In this document: positions 33,827-48,700 of the stretch, piece by piece
How positions within the stretch are numbered: position 1 is the stretch's first letter
How the letters are laid out: the number at the start of each line of letters is the position of its first letter
NCBI GenBank assembly: GCA_044892525.1
Contig: JBJFYX010000274.1
Span: forward strand, 1 to 64,000
Length of the DNA: 64,000 nt
From: Schmidtea polychroa
Taxonomy: Eukaryota
Direction: 5' to 3'
Notes under the pieces: model-generated
Databases searched by the model: none
What the model saw: the letters and a program-made list of their open reading frames with translations, nothing else
What the model was told of the DNA's origin: nothing
Made by a program: the position numbers and the translations under genes

Positions 33827-36646
33827 CTTATTTTTTAAGTGGGTATTGGCACCATGAGATAGGAGTACTCGGGTCAATTCTTGGTGGCTATTATGGAAAG
33901 CGCAGTGTATCAGCGCTGAATTTCCAAATATATCTTGTTTATTAATATTTGCTCCATGCTGTAAAAGAAGAAGTCCAAGTTTAGAATTTCCGTTATTAGC
34001 TAAAACTGCTTTATTTATCAATGAAATGTTTTAATGTGTAAAAAATGTACCTAATCTTATTAATGGAGTCCATTCATTTTCTTTGTCTGTATCATTGACA
34101 TCACAACCAGCATCGAGTAACATTCTTACAATGTGAATATTTTCATTGTCGACACCGTAAAATAAAGCTGACATTCCTAAAATATCCTGAATTGTAAAGT
34201 CTGGGTAAGAATGATGTAATACAAAAATGATTCATTAAAAAGAACAAAAGTTGGATATATTAAATTAGAAAATCATTTACTTCTTCTTCAATCTTAATTT
34301 ATATTCATTTAATTTGCAACTATAGATCAATATTTTAACAATTTAACACTAATTTTTAGTACTGTTTTTCAAGATATTGCACAATATTACAATACATAAG
34401 AGCATATAGACTGGTTATACTAATTTAATTTATTTTAAATTAATTATTTAGTGTAATGATAGATTTTAATAGTAATTTTTAAGTTGTTTAATGATTAATT
34501 TTTATGCTTTTGATTTTAACAAATTTTTTAAAATATTTTTTAGAATTTTTGCCGGATTTAATCATTATAAATTTAAATATTTATTATTAAAATATTTACA
34601 CTCTTGTTATTAATTTAATATTTTGATGAATTTCTAATTGTTTCTATGTAATAACTTTTCTTAGTAGAATTCCGCAATTTTTGACACAAATTCTACCGAA
34701 AATATAATTTAACTAAAATCTTACATTTTTGTTTGAATGGAATAATTTGAAATGTAGAAACATAAAAAATATTCGTAATTCCTTCTTATATTTAAAATAT
34801 GTAAATATTTATTGTCAATGAGTCTTAATTATTGTTCGACTGCGTGAATTTTTATTGTGGATATTTTGTGCACCGTGTAAATGTGTATGATTTTATTATC
34901 TCTCATTAAATTTTTTTACACCTAATTCCGAAATACACCAAAGCGCAATTGATAAATGTATAATCTAAAAAAATTGATTAAGGAACACACAAACTTACCT
35001 GTGTGTAAAAATTTTGTTTCAAAATTTTTTATATATAAATTGAGAAAGTGGTAGAAAAAATTTTTATATATACAAACAAAGAGCACATAATAAACAATAC
35101 ATAAAAATTTCATTCAGGTTCTTCTACCTCTTGATTTCAAGCAGAAAATCGAAAATCGTAAATTTTAAGTTAATTTTAAAAAAATAATATTTTAATAGAA
35201 TCAAACCATGACAAATTCGATTAATTGGTGCCTTCGAAAATGGTGAAGATTACTATGAATTTGAAAGATTGATGAGAATGTATTAAAAAGATGAATGTGT
35301 TTGGCAATTATTTTCTTTAATAAATAATTCTAAATTGATCTGACCTACTTTATATCGAAATAATTCTAAAATAAATTTCATAAAATTGCTGAAAATGCCT
35401 GAAAATTAATTAAAAATAATTTATAGTACAAATGTTGACTAATATTTAAGAACTTGAATATCTCATAATTATATATAATCAATTTTACTTAATATCAAAT
35501 TTACTTAAAATTAAAAAACTTATATGAAATCCATTTCTAAAATTAAATAAATGAAGTTAGAAACTTCATTTGCTCATAAATGGTGAGTCACGTACGTGTA
35601 TTATAGAAACTTTTATTCGTTGGAATTAAATGTATATTGAAAGCTTTTATATATTGTCATTTTTGTTAGTGACACGCATTTATTAATGGTTATTTTTTTA
35701 TATAATTGAGGCTTTTATTTTATTGTTTAAGCTTATCTCTTCAAATTTGTAAATTATAAAGTTAGATGAACTTTTTGGTATTATAAATAACATTTTATTA
35801 TTTTTTGTTATTTTATTATTTTTAAACTTATAAATAACCTTTATATCAATATAAATTTAATTAACTAATTATTTTAGACATGAAATTTCATGAATCGAGG
35901 AGGTAAATTATTTTTTTTAAGTTAATATTATTTTTAAAAAAATCTATTTGGGTGCTACAGAACGCAATTATATTTTTGATCAATCATTTTTTTTAGCATT
36001 TTCTTATTGTTGAAATTTTATGGTGAGAGAATATTAACTTTTTTGTCCAAGTTAGAATCCTATAATAAAGATGTTATCCTGTGTATCAATATAGAATTTA
36101 TTGATTTTTGTTAATTATAAAAAATGTTGTCAAATGGAACTGATTTTAGAAAGATAGAAAACCTAGATGCTAGAAAAATAAATTTATTCGTACAGGCACG
36201 GTGCACAAAATGTTATAAGTGAAAAATACACACATCTGAACAATAAATAAGGGCTTCGTTTTAAATATAAAAAGGAATTACTAATGTTTTTGAGGAAATC
36301 TTTGATGTTTCTACATCTAAAATTATTCCATATAAACAAATATGAAAGTTTTTTAGAGAATTTATGTTTTTGATAGACTTTGTGCCAAAATCTGTTGACA
36401 TCTACTAAACAAAATACATAAAATTCGAAAAATTAAAAACACATTTAAAAATTTATCAAAATATTATGTTAATAGCAAGAGTGTTGACTTTCACTAATTA
36501 AATCCATCAAAAATTCTAAAAAAGATTTTAAAAGATTTGAATAAAATCGAAAGCATCCTTGTAGGGATCCCGTCTGCTCGATGATATACTTTTAGTCGTT
36601 TTTATCTGTACTATAATTATCCTCTTAAACTTTCTATTTATAACAT

Positions 36647-36744
<98 letters not shown>

Positions 36745-39700
36745 ATGTTATAAATAGAAAGTTTAAGAGGATAATTATAGTACAGATAAAAACGACTAAA
36801 AGTATATCATCGAGCAGACGGGATCCCTACAAGGATGCTTTCGATTTTATTCAAATCTTTTAAAATCTTATATCGATTTTGACAGAAGTACTACTATGTA
36901 TTCAAATCTATTTAGAATATCATAGTCATGTAATACAATAAATTTTCAATCCAACAATGACTCAGACCGTTGAGCTTGCTCTTGCTTGTTGCACAGAAGG
37001 AATCGAAGGTGCAATTTGTCTTTGTTTTTGCATGATGAATAAATTTCCTCCATTACTTTGATTGCGCGCTCGCCGCATTGATTACTTCAGGGTATCTGTA
37101 GTATGGATGGCTCTCACTTCCAGTGATTTTTCAAAGAGCTTAAAGCCTTTTTGTATGGATTCAGTATTTCAGCCAAGTTATTAAAGTCGTTTTCGTTGTA
37201 CAGTTGGTCTGTAAACCAATGGTCTGCCCAGCCATACGATATAAATCGACATACTCTCTGCTGAACTGTCCTTGTTGAAGGAATTAAAATGAAGGCCAGG
37301 ATCGCTAGTATAGCTCTGGAGTTCCACCTCGCATTGCTGATGTTGGGTATTTTTTGGAACTTGATCAATAGAAAATGTCCCTTTTCCTCAAAAAATCGGA
37401 AAACTCGAGAAAAATTTCATATTATCTCTCCAGCCTGATGTTTCGAGAATTACTTCTGTTTCGTTATCAAACTGTGTTTTCAGTTGTTCATACTCCTTTA
37501 ACAGTTGAGATATAAATGGATATTCGATGTTTGGCGATTGTGTTTTACTTCCAAGTTCTTCATCCATCACCAAACGGAGGATTCTATCTAATACATGGTG
37601 TTGACAACTGATAAACTGAGGTTTGTTGATGCGTTTCTCTGTGAACATTCGTTGCAATATTACAACACAATTCTTTTTCCAGTCCTAACGTTGGTGGTAT
37701 CTGCAACAATCATCTGTATTGAATTCCATAGGTGAAATTCATCGAGGACTTTAGAAATTCATCCAGCAATAGTTAAAGCCCTACCATTCATCAAGCCAAG
37801 GACATTCAATTTGATTTCTCTTCTTTCATTTTTAAGGACGACCACTTGATAATCCATTCTGTCGATGTGCTTGCCATCAAAGTATAAGGACCAACTTTCC
37901 ATATGCAACTTTTCAATCATTTCTTCCTTCAGCTTGATTGCCTCTTTGATTGTTGACTTGTAAATAGTTGATTGACATGGAATTGGGATGTCAATGCCTT
38001 CACGAGCCAATTGCTTGCATATGTTAGCAGCTTTGTTAGCTGATACTCTTGAGGACGTCACTATGTTGACTGCAATTTTGTTTTTATGATGTTTATGCTT
38101 GGTGTAGGAGTTGTCTCATCTTCTTCTTCATTGTTTTCATATTCACTGTCGTCGGCCTCAGAGTCAGAATCACTAAAACCAGGATAGTAAGATGATGAGT
38201 TGGATGACTCATTAGAAAGTTTTTGTCTTTTAGAGAGATGGATCGTTTCTTTACTGGCCGCTTGGCCTGTAGACTATCCAACTGTTCCTTTGCTTTCCAC
38301 TTGGAGATGGTACAATCGCTTGTCCTCGGAAGATAACCATGTTCCATCCACTTTAGTAATATCAAAGATTTCATCAAGGGGTTCGTAGCTTCCCCGCTTG
38401 ACACATTCATCATAACATTTCAGTATTTTATCAAGCTTTGCTCGTATAACTTGATCAGATACATGGGGATAATTCAGTTTATTCTTCTACAATTTGGTGA
38501 CTTCTTTGGAAATTTCCGCTTTTCGCTCTTTTCTTTCTTTGATTTTTGGTCCAAGGAAATGGTAGCGTCCGATAATTTGCTTTTGGAGAGGCATTCTGCA
38601 CTTTTCTTCCAGTGAATATTCTTCCAAAGGGACCATTCTTTTTCTTTTATGAGAGTCTTCAAATTTTACCAGATTATTGGTCCAGGCATCCTTGTTCTTC
38701 TGAATGCTACTATTGCTAGGCTTGTACGACGCCATGTGTTGCTTCTGTAATAACTATATAATTAGACTATTTGACTTTAAAAAAAAATTAATTTTCTGTG
38801 TCATAAATCGATGAACTTTTATTAGAAAACATTGAAAACATGTTCAAGTCCTCTCGGTTGTAAAAAAAGGTCACCCCGCAATTCAAATTACGTTTCGCCA
38901 TTTATTTAATCTTGTTACTGCTACTACTAATACGTGTGGCTTCCTGCAAATCATTTAAAACTTGTATAGATTAGAAGTGTTTAGAACTTTAGAACAATTT
39001 GGAAAATAACAGAATATTTTAGAAAACTTTAGAACATTCTAGAACAATGTATAGCTCAATATATAGCTCAATATATAGAATTAATATATAGCTGCTCCTC
39101 AGTGGCGTATCTAGGGTTCACGGCGCCCGGGGCAAAACTTAAAATTGCGCCCCTCTCCACGTGAATTTTTTCTTTTCCTTATTATTGGTATATTATTTTT
39201 GCACTAAAGTGACATTTCTTTTTTAAGAAAAAAAAATTATTTAAAAAAAATCAAAAATTTTCACTCTTTAAAATTGATTTGCAGCAGTTTTAAAAAAAAT
39301 TAATTTAATTTTGCAACAAGTTAGTTTTAAACTTTATTTATTGTAATAATTTACAAACAAATTTTTCATGCTTTAACACTTGCGAACTTGTCAATGACAT
39401 CATCAAAGTTAATTTTGTTCACAGTGTTTTTCGCAATACTTAATAATGCCAAATTATTTAAACGTTCTTCACTCATTGTTGCTCGAAGATATGACAAAAT
39501 TAATTTTAATTTGCTAAAGGAACGCTCGCATGTTGAAACAGAAATACCAATTGTCAAAAGAATTTGCAATGAAATTCTTAAATTTGGGAAAACATCTTCA
39601 CCATAAGATATTAAAAATTTTAAAAGTTCTATAGGTGATTTTGGAATTTCATCTTTTCGAGCATTAAGAAGCATTTTACAGTCAGTAACTTCATTGCATA

Positions 39701-42700
39701 GTTCGTTTTCATCAATATCTGAATTGTAAAATTTTCCCAAATTTGAACATTTTTCTTTTAATTTAGCAGGATCATGGCAATTTAGAAAATTTTCAGTGTC
39801 AAGGAAATATCCAAAATTTTCGTTCAATGAATTAAGGCGAGTAAATCGAGTTTTTAATTCTTGAATTAATCTATCAACTGAGCATTTCAACACACGATCT
39901 AACTCTTGTTCAGCAGTCAAACCAGAATCAGTCATTTTTTCACCTAATCTAATTTTTATACGTCGCACTCTTTTCTTTATTTCAACGCCCAATTCAAAAC
40001 ACTTTTTTTTACCTGCTTCAATTGATTGAATGCATAGATCTTCAAGAAATTGCTGCATATGTATGCTTAATCCTTGTAAATCATCGGAGGCATCTTTAAA
40101 ATTAATTTTTGGATCTTGCATTCGTTTTTGTACACGATCAATTTTCTCGAGAACGTGATGCCAAAAATTTATCAAAACCAGAAAATTAAAATTCAATATA
40201 TTTTGCAATAAATTGTATGATTCGCTTCTTGTGTCAGATGTTTGATTGAAATCATCAGAAAGATCTTCAATTAATTTCAAAAGATTATCGATTCCAATAA
40301 AAATTGCTTTTACAGCTTCTGCTCGTGCACTCCATCGTGTTGTTGATTCACGTTTTACAGTCAAAGGAATGACATCGGTTAATTTTTGCCAACGATTGGT
40401 TGATCTTGAAAAAAATAAATAAATAGCATTATGGGATTAGTTTGAACAGAATGTAATCCTGCAAGATTTAAACTATGATTATCGCAGTTAATAAACACTG
40501 CGCGAGGGTTCAATTTGGTAATTCTTTGTTGCAATCCAGAAACATGACCAGACATAACTGCCGCATTATCATAACATTGCGATCGACAGTCCGAGAGTTG
40601 TAATCCATCAGTTTGTAATAATTTGAGTATAGTATTTTTAAGAGCTTCGGCATCTTTTTCAGCTAGCTCAATAAATCCCAGAAATGATTCCTTAATTTCC
40701 ACTGTTTTTTTATCAAAATCTATTTCAACGTGACGAATAACTTCTGAAAATTGTTCACGATGTTGTAAATCTGGAGTAGAATCAAATATCATGCCAAAGT
40801 ATTTGCTCTTTTTTAATATTTTCAATCAAAACATTTCGAACTATTGAAGCTAAAAGGTGAATAAACTCATTTTGTATGCCTGGTGATAAATAAGATGTTG
40901 TTCCTGGATGTAAACGAGAATGTTCCATGTGACTTGCCAAAAGTGGATCATATTGCGCAATCAATTGTAAGAGACCCAGAAAATTACCTGGATTGCCTTC
41001 TGTATTCAACAAATTTTCATTATAACCACGTAATGCTAAATTATGAAATGCTAAGAATTTTATGCATGAAAGAAATCTTTTTAAAATTTCTCTCCATCGA
41101 TCTTTTTCCAACAATATTTGAGCTTGAACTTCCATATCGATTCCAGCACCTTGAGACAATCTTCGTTCAGTTTCTTTCCATGTTGTAAAATTCTGACGGT
41201 GTATAATATTATTTTCATGATCATTTACTCTTTCTGAATGCTTAAAATCTCTAAAACCAGCCGGTGAAGAAAATGCAGTTTTACAAAAATCATTATAAAA
41301 TAACAAACAACAAAAGCAGAAAAGTGTTTCTTTATGAGGCGAATAAATTAACCAAGATCGATTAACATATATACCGTTTGCCAACTTCTTCTTAAACCAT
41401 GATGATGTAATTGAACGTCCATTATGCACTGTAAAGCTTCCTTTATTATTTTGAAATAAATTCGGGCCACGTAAAATGACTTCAGTTCTTAGTTTTTGTG
41501 AAACTATTGGACTGAATGAATGAAAACTTTCTTGAAATTCCAAATATCCAAAATCATTGAACAAAAACAGATTCGGAATATTTTCTGAAATTGTTGAAAG
41601 ACATGATCTATTGTTGGATTCAGTCATTTCATAATCAAAATCCGACTCTTCATTGTTTTGTGAGGCATCAAAATCAAAAAATTCATAATCTGACTGCGGC
41701 ATATGTTTGTCTTCTTTAATATCCTCTATCTGGTCATTTTCTTCAACTTTTTCCTTTTTTAAATAATTTTGCAACATTTGACTTGACTTTTTAGCTTCAT
41801 TTCGGAATATTCTGGCCTTTTTACGATTTTGTGCGCCACTTAATTTCGGTTTCGGCATCTTTGATATTCTAAAGTTTGAAAGTTTTTTCAAATAATTTTG
41901 AGCTTAACAAATAATTCTATAAATCTTACGATTGAGTTCTGGATATAACTCAAATTTCATGTATTTTGGAAAGGCTTTGAAATATATAAACAAAGTTCAC
42001 CATAAAATTTAAATTTAATTTTAGTACTATTTAAATTAAATTTAAATATTATGGTGAACTTTGTTTATATATTTCAAATAATCAAAATTCGTTATTTTAA
42101 TGTTGGTTAAATTTCAAAATCGAAAATCTTTAAATAAAGTTTAGGTTTCAAAAATCAATTTGGCGCCCCTAAAATCGTGGCGCCCGGGGCAAATGCCCCG
42201 CTTGCCCGGCCCTAGATACGCTACTGATATGATTCATATGGCAAAGTACGCAGGGCCGTGTCTGACCGGCGTTCATTACGTGTGCCGCACGCAGGCGGCA
42301 AAATTAAAAGGCGGCCTGACGACCAGAAAAACAAAAAAAAATTAAAAAGCAAAAAAACAATGTTAATATATAGTCATAGTCATATATAATCGAAGTAAAT
42401 TGTCAAATAGTTGAGTGTTGTTGTCAATTCGTCAATTGTAATCATTATCATTGCGCTCTATGGCGTACTAAATTTTTTTTAGCTGCACCTATCAAAGAAT
42501 ATTATTCTGTGCGCTTATTGGCGAGCGTATGCTGGCGCAGTGGTCGCATAGAACTCCGTGATGTAAGAATAAGGAGAGATGAACACTCTTTTTAACCCAC
42601 GATGAACAGAGTACATCTCTCTTTATTCTAACTGATTTTAACCTTACTGAGTTCTACGGGTTCTACGCGCCAGCATGCGATCACATGTGCTCGGCATAGG

Positions 42701-45700
42701 CCATATCAGAATCAAGTGCAAAGTGCAAATTCATCTTTCACGTGTGTTCAGTTGCTCTACATAGCTGTAGGTAAGTTGGGAGCGCGTGTGTGTGTGTGTT
42801 ATAATATGTGATTTACCTGTCTGCCTATAGCACGGCAAGCGTCTCAGCTGTGTGGCAATAAAACCCTATTCGAACTCGGAAAGCACTTGGGCAGATTCCC
42901 TCACCGCCTCACCCAACGCTTTGTTACAAAAGGTTGAAAAAAGTAATGAATTTAATTCTATAATAAATTAATTTCAATATAAATCCTTATTGATATTTTT
43001 AAACATTTTAGTAAAAGGCCTAAGAATAACTGGAAGAAAAACGAAAAGATTGTCTGGAGCACAGTATAAAAGAAAACAAGAAGAAAAACAACATGTTGCT
43101 AAAAAATCTTTGGTTCACTAACCAAATATTTGGAAAAACCTCCAGAAATGCAAAATGCTTGCAGTAGCCAAGCAAATCCAAGCAGTGAATTTTTTTCTAA
43201 TGAAAATGAATTATCTGCCGAAAATACAAATGATAATGACAATATTAGTAGTAATGATGAAATAGGAGATATTGCAGTTACAAATATCGACGATATCACT
43301 GAAATTGATGAAGAATATTTTGCTATGTATATAGAACTAAATGATCCAGCTTGCTGGCCTTTAACACTTACCAATAAAATGCTGGATATTTTAATTGAAA
43401 AAGGCCCTATTCAAAATATACAATCTACATATCCACTAAATGAATTTGGAAAATCATTTTCAAAGGTTTATTTCTATAGAAAACTGCCAAATGGTGAAAA
43501 ATTTAATCGTGAGTGGTTAATCTATTCTCGGAAAAATGATGCCACATTTTGCTTCTGTTATGAATTATTTGGCAAACAAGAAATAAAATTAGTCAATGAA
43601 GGCTTCAACGATTGGCAACACATATCTGACAACTTATCTCGTCACGAAAAAACATCGCTGCACATCGAAAATTGCACCTGTTGGAAAAAATTGGAATTAA
43701 ATTTAAAAAGAAAAACTAAAATTGATAAGAATATGCAACGGTATTATGACGCCGAGAAAAAACGATGGTGTCAAATTGTCAGGCGCATGATATCTGTGGT
43801 ACAATTTCTAGCAGGACAGTGTTTAGCTTTTAGAGGTTCTTCCAGCAAATTGTACGAAAAAAATAATGGAAATTTTCTGAAAGCAATTGAAATGATAGGA
43901 AAATTTGATGATATAATGGCAGACCACATAAAACGCGTACAAGAACCAATCGCTTTAAAGAACCACATGCCACATTACCTGGGAAATCGCTTTCAAAATG
44001 AAATAATCACTATCCTTGTAACCCAAATTCAAAAATATATATTAACATCAATAAAAGAGGCAAAATATTTTTCAGTCATTTTGGACTGTACGCCGGACAC
44101 TGGACATGTCGAGCAAATTACAATGATTATTAGGTATGTACATATTAAAAATTATGAAGTTGAAGTAAGAGAAAATTTCATTGGCTTTTATCAAGCTGAA
44201 AAATGTACTGGAGAATCTTTTTACGACATCTTAATTTAAAAGTTAAACTATCTTGAATTAACGATATGAGGGACCAGGGATACGATAATGGGTCTAATAT
44301 GTCCGGAAAACATAAAGGATTGCAAAAACGATTTTTGGACAATTATCGACGAGCTCTGTTTATGCCATGCAACGCGCATACATTAAATTTGACCATTAAT
44401 GATGCAGCTAAAGTTTCGTTTTCAAAGGTGGATTTTTTCAGTAATGTATCTGCAATATACAACTTTTTCAGTGGATCACCATTTAGATGGCAAGTTTTAA
44501 AGAAAAATGTAAAATCTTTAACATTGAAAGAAGTTAGTGAAACTCGATGGGAAGCAAGAATTAAAGCGATTAGACCACTGCGAAATGAATTAGGTGAAAT
44601 TTATGACAGAAACTGAAATCTTATAAATTTATTTCTTCAATAATAATATGGTACGAAATTTTGGAAAAGGTAGATTTTATTAGCAAAATGATGCAGAAAG
44701 TTTTTTGGAATATCAGTTCGTTTGCTGAATCAATTAAGGAAGTTTTGAAATTTTTCAAAAGCATTAGAAATGACGAAAGTTTCGAAAATTATTTGCAGAT
44801 TTCGAATGAACTTTGTAAAGCACTTGAAACAGAACCGGATTTTCCTGCTGAAATTAGTGTACGTCGCCGACATCACCGAAAACAATTTAGCTATGAAGGA
44901 GATGAAGATATTCAATTTACTCCAAAAGAACATTTTCAAATTAATTTTTTCTATGTAATACTAGATACAGCTATATCATCTCTTACCACCTGTTTGGAAA
45001 CTTTGTCAAATTTCGAACAATGTTTTGGATTTCTATACAAATTTTTTGATATGGAACATGAGGAAATAAAAAAAAGTTGTTTCGATCTCCATAATAATTT
45101 AAAGATGGTGAATCTTGTGATATCAGTGGCGTAGAATTATATCAAGAGTTAATTTCTCTAAAAATTATCATAAAAGACAGAAAGCAGCCCGAAGAACTCA
45201 TAAAGTTTTTATACAAATACAACTTGGAGACTTCTTTTCCAAATGTCGCCACAAGTTTAAAACTTTTACTGGCAGTTTCAGTATCTGTTGCATCTGGAGA
45301 GCGAAGTTTTTCAAAATTAAAAATAATCAAAAACCACCTGAGAACTTCTATGACTCAAGAACGTCTCAGTAATATATCAATTATTGCAATTGAAAGTGAA
45401 ATTGCTGATTCCTTAAATATTGAAGGGGCGATTGAAGAATTTGCCTCTAAAAAATCGCGTAGAGTAAATTTTTGATTGTAATATCATAGATTTATAGATG
45501 TGCCAAAACATATTAATGTATATTCAATGGTAATATGTACATGTACATTAGATATATAAGTATAATAATAAACATTAAGAATGAAAATTTGATTTTTTTC
45601 TTTGATTTTGATGTTATCTCAAAGGACGGCCATGCATACTAGCACGCAGGCGGCCATATACCCAGGCACGGCCCTGAAAGTACGTTCCCATTCTAGAAAG

Positions 45701-48700
45701 CTGGAGAAGCAAAGATTATGCCTTTGAATTCGTGGAATGCATCAATGCGGTTGTACAAGAGACCATCATGACTGAAATCCGTGCATCTGCCTTCCATACA
45801 TTGATTGTGGACGAAAGCACGGACATTTCAGTAACTAAGATGTTAATAATTTACGTAAAATATCGCCCAATAATAACTACGACACATAAAACGCATTTTG
45901 CTGGAATTGTTAAACTAATGGCTTGCGACAGCAAGACAATTTTTTCAGCAATTAAACAATTTTACATTAAAAACAATCTTGATTTGCAGAAGATGGTCAA
46001 GTTCACTTCGGATGGAGCGTCAGTGATGCTTGGCAAGCGAAATGGTGTAGCTGCTTTGCTCCGAGCTGAGGCTCCTCATTTGTCCGAGCAGCACTGCGTT
46101 GCACATCGAGAAGACTTGGGAATAGACGATGCATGGAAAAATATGACGTTGATGAAGGACATTGAATTATTGCTTCGAACAATATATACATTGTTTAGTC
46201 GATCAAGTGTGAAGAAATCCAAATTTCAAGAATTGGCTAATGTTGCCGACACCGATTGTGTCTCGTTTAGACCGCTGAATGAAGTTCGATGGCTGTCGCG
46301 GCATTTTGCCGTGAGAGCTTTGGTTCGTAACTATTCTGTCGCAATAGAATATTTTACAAAACATGTGGATGCTGACAACGATCCGGTATCTAAATTCGTC
46401 CTTAATAAGCTGGGAGATCCCCAAGTTCATGTTGCAATTCTCATTTTAAACGACGTTCTGGCCGAACTTGCGGAGCTGTTTCGTATTTTTCAGAGGAGCT
46501 GCATTACAACAATTGAAGCTGTTCAGTTTGCCAAAGCAAAGATAAACAAATTGAAATCGCAATATTTAGAAGGGAGAATGAGCTGGAGCAAGGAGGTCGC
46601 CGATTTACTTTCACAAGATGGATATAAAGATGTTGATAATTCGACGATATTGTCATTTATTGGACGAGTTTGTATTCATTTGCAAGATAGATTCCCGGAA
46701 GGAGAACTAAAAGAATGGGTGGCATTTGATACGCAAACAATAAAAGCACACAATACATTTGAATTTGGAAATGATGATGTGCCGAAAATGATGATTGGCC
46801 GAAAAGTATGAATATTTTCTTTCTTCCAACGATGATAACATTGAGAAACAAGAAGTTAACGAAGTTATCAGACAGAATATGCTGAATTTAAATATGTTTT
46901 TACCGAGAAATTGATAACAGGAACAATAAAAACTTTTGCAGACGTTGTTACTTATGTACTGTCGGAAGAAAAATTTGCGACAATGGCACCGTTAGTTGAT
47001 ATTTGTGGTACGTTTCAAGCCTCTAGTGCAGACGCAGAACGTGGATTCAGTTTGATGAACAACATTAAAACTAAATCGCGAAACAGACTGGAGGTGGGGC
47101 ACCTAGATATGTTGATGAGGATTAAATTTTACCTCTTAAGCGGTCAAAATGTCGATCTCGATTCGGTGTATAAATTTTAGAAAGATGGAAAAATCAGAAG
47201 ACAAAAGTTAGAGGTCCTTCCATATTCATTTTTCTAAATGTGCTGAATTAATTAAATTAAATTAAATGTGCTAATTTTTATTTTATTTTCACCTTCCAAT
47301 TAACATATTTATTATAAAACATTACGAATTTTTGATACTCAATATTATTATGTGGTTCATTTTGAATATTTAAAAATTTTCAATGTTAATAACCAGATGC
47401 ATAATAACGGTATATTTCTGTAGTGTCGTTTCAAAACTCTTACAACCACGTTATAGCATTTTGACGCTCATTTGTATTTAAAGGCTGCTCAGTGCAGCTG
47501 ACTTTGCGCGCACTGCTGCTTATGGCTTAGAGGGANNNNNNNNNNNNNNNNNNNNNNNNNNNNNNNNNNNNNNNNNNNNNNNNNNNNNNNNNNNNNNNNN
47601 NNNNNNNNNNNNNNNNNNNNNNNNNNNNNNNNNNNNNNNNNNNNNNNNNNNNNNNNNNNNNNNNTACTTATCGCCAAAAGGAGTTTTCCTACTCAAAATA
47701 CTTACCCCCATTTTAAATAAAGGTAAACAATGCCTAACTGTTGAATGGCAACCCAAAACCACAGACTGATAAACCTTCCAAAAAAATCGGCACAACATTC
47801 TATCACTCCAATTCAGTGACATAGGAAGCCCATCTCGAGAACCAGAGCTAATTTTAATCAATATAATGAATCATATGAATCATATATGAATCATATATGA
47901 ATCATAACGGCCACGGCTTGCCATGCTTATCCTGGACTGCCTAAAGGATTCAAAACCTAATTCCAATGAATAACGAAGTTTAACGCAAGAAGCATTGCTC
48001 TAGCGTTCGAAGTATATGAAATTAAGAATTACAGAATACAGAAAGGCGAGAAATTCTCCCCTTAGGTCGTATGGCCAGTTGCATTGAATAAAATAAAATC
48101 TGATTTTTTTGTACACGATTTAAGCAGGATCATAAATCTACTAATAAATACAAAGTACAAACAGCATGACTGAATTGCGTATTAAAGTGGAACATGTTTC
48201 TTTAAATTAATACACGATTTTGTTTAGATATTTTCTTGTTTAAAGTATTTTTCTGAGCGTTTTCAATACACTATTTTGCAGATTTCAATATGAATATTTA
48301 AATATTTGCTGTTATCAATACATATTCATGCAATTTTTTATTATCCACTTTTTTCCACTATTGATTCTATTCCTGACAAAATTGACTGCTTTAGAAGGAT
48401 AATGATGCATTAAATTTGATGTTATTAAAACATTTGAGACGACCTGCATACTCGTGGCTTGACTAGAACATTTACGTGAAAATATTACAGAAATAACCCT
48501 TTTATTTATATATAAACATTTCTGAATGTCTTTTACGAAAGTAACGGCTGCAAATTCTATAATGTAACTGACTTGACATCTCATTAGTACACGTAATGAC
48601 ATGCAAAAGAAAAATCTATTAGATGTATTGAAATAAAAGTCAGGAAAATCTTTCTTATTTAATTGAAAGGCAAAATGCATATTGACATTGTGTTAACTCG

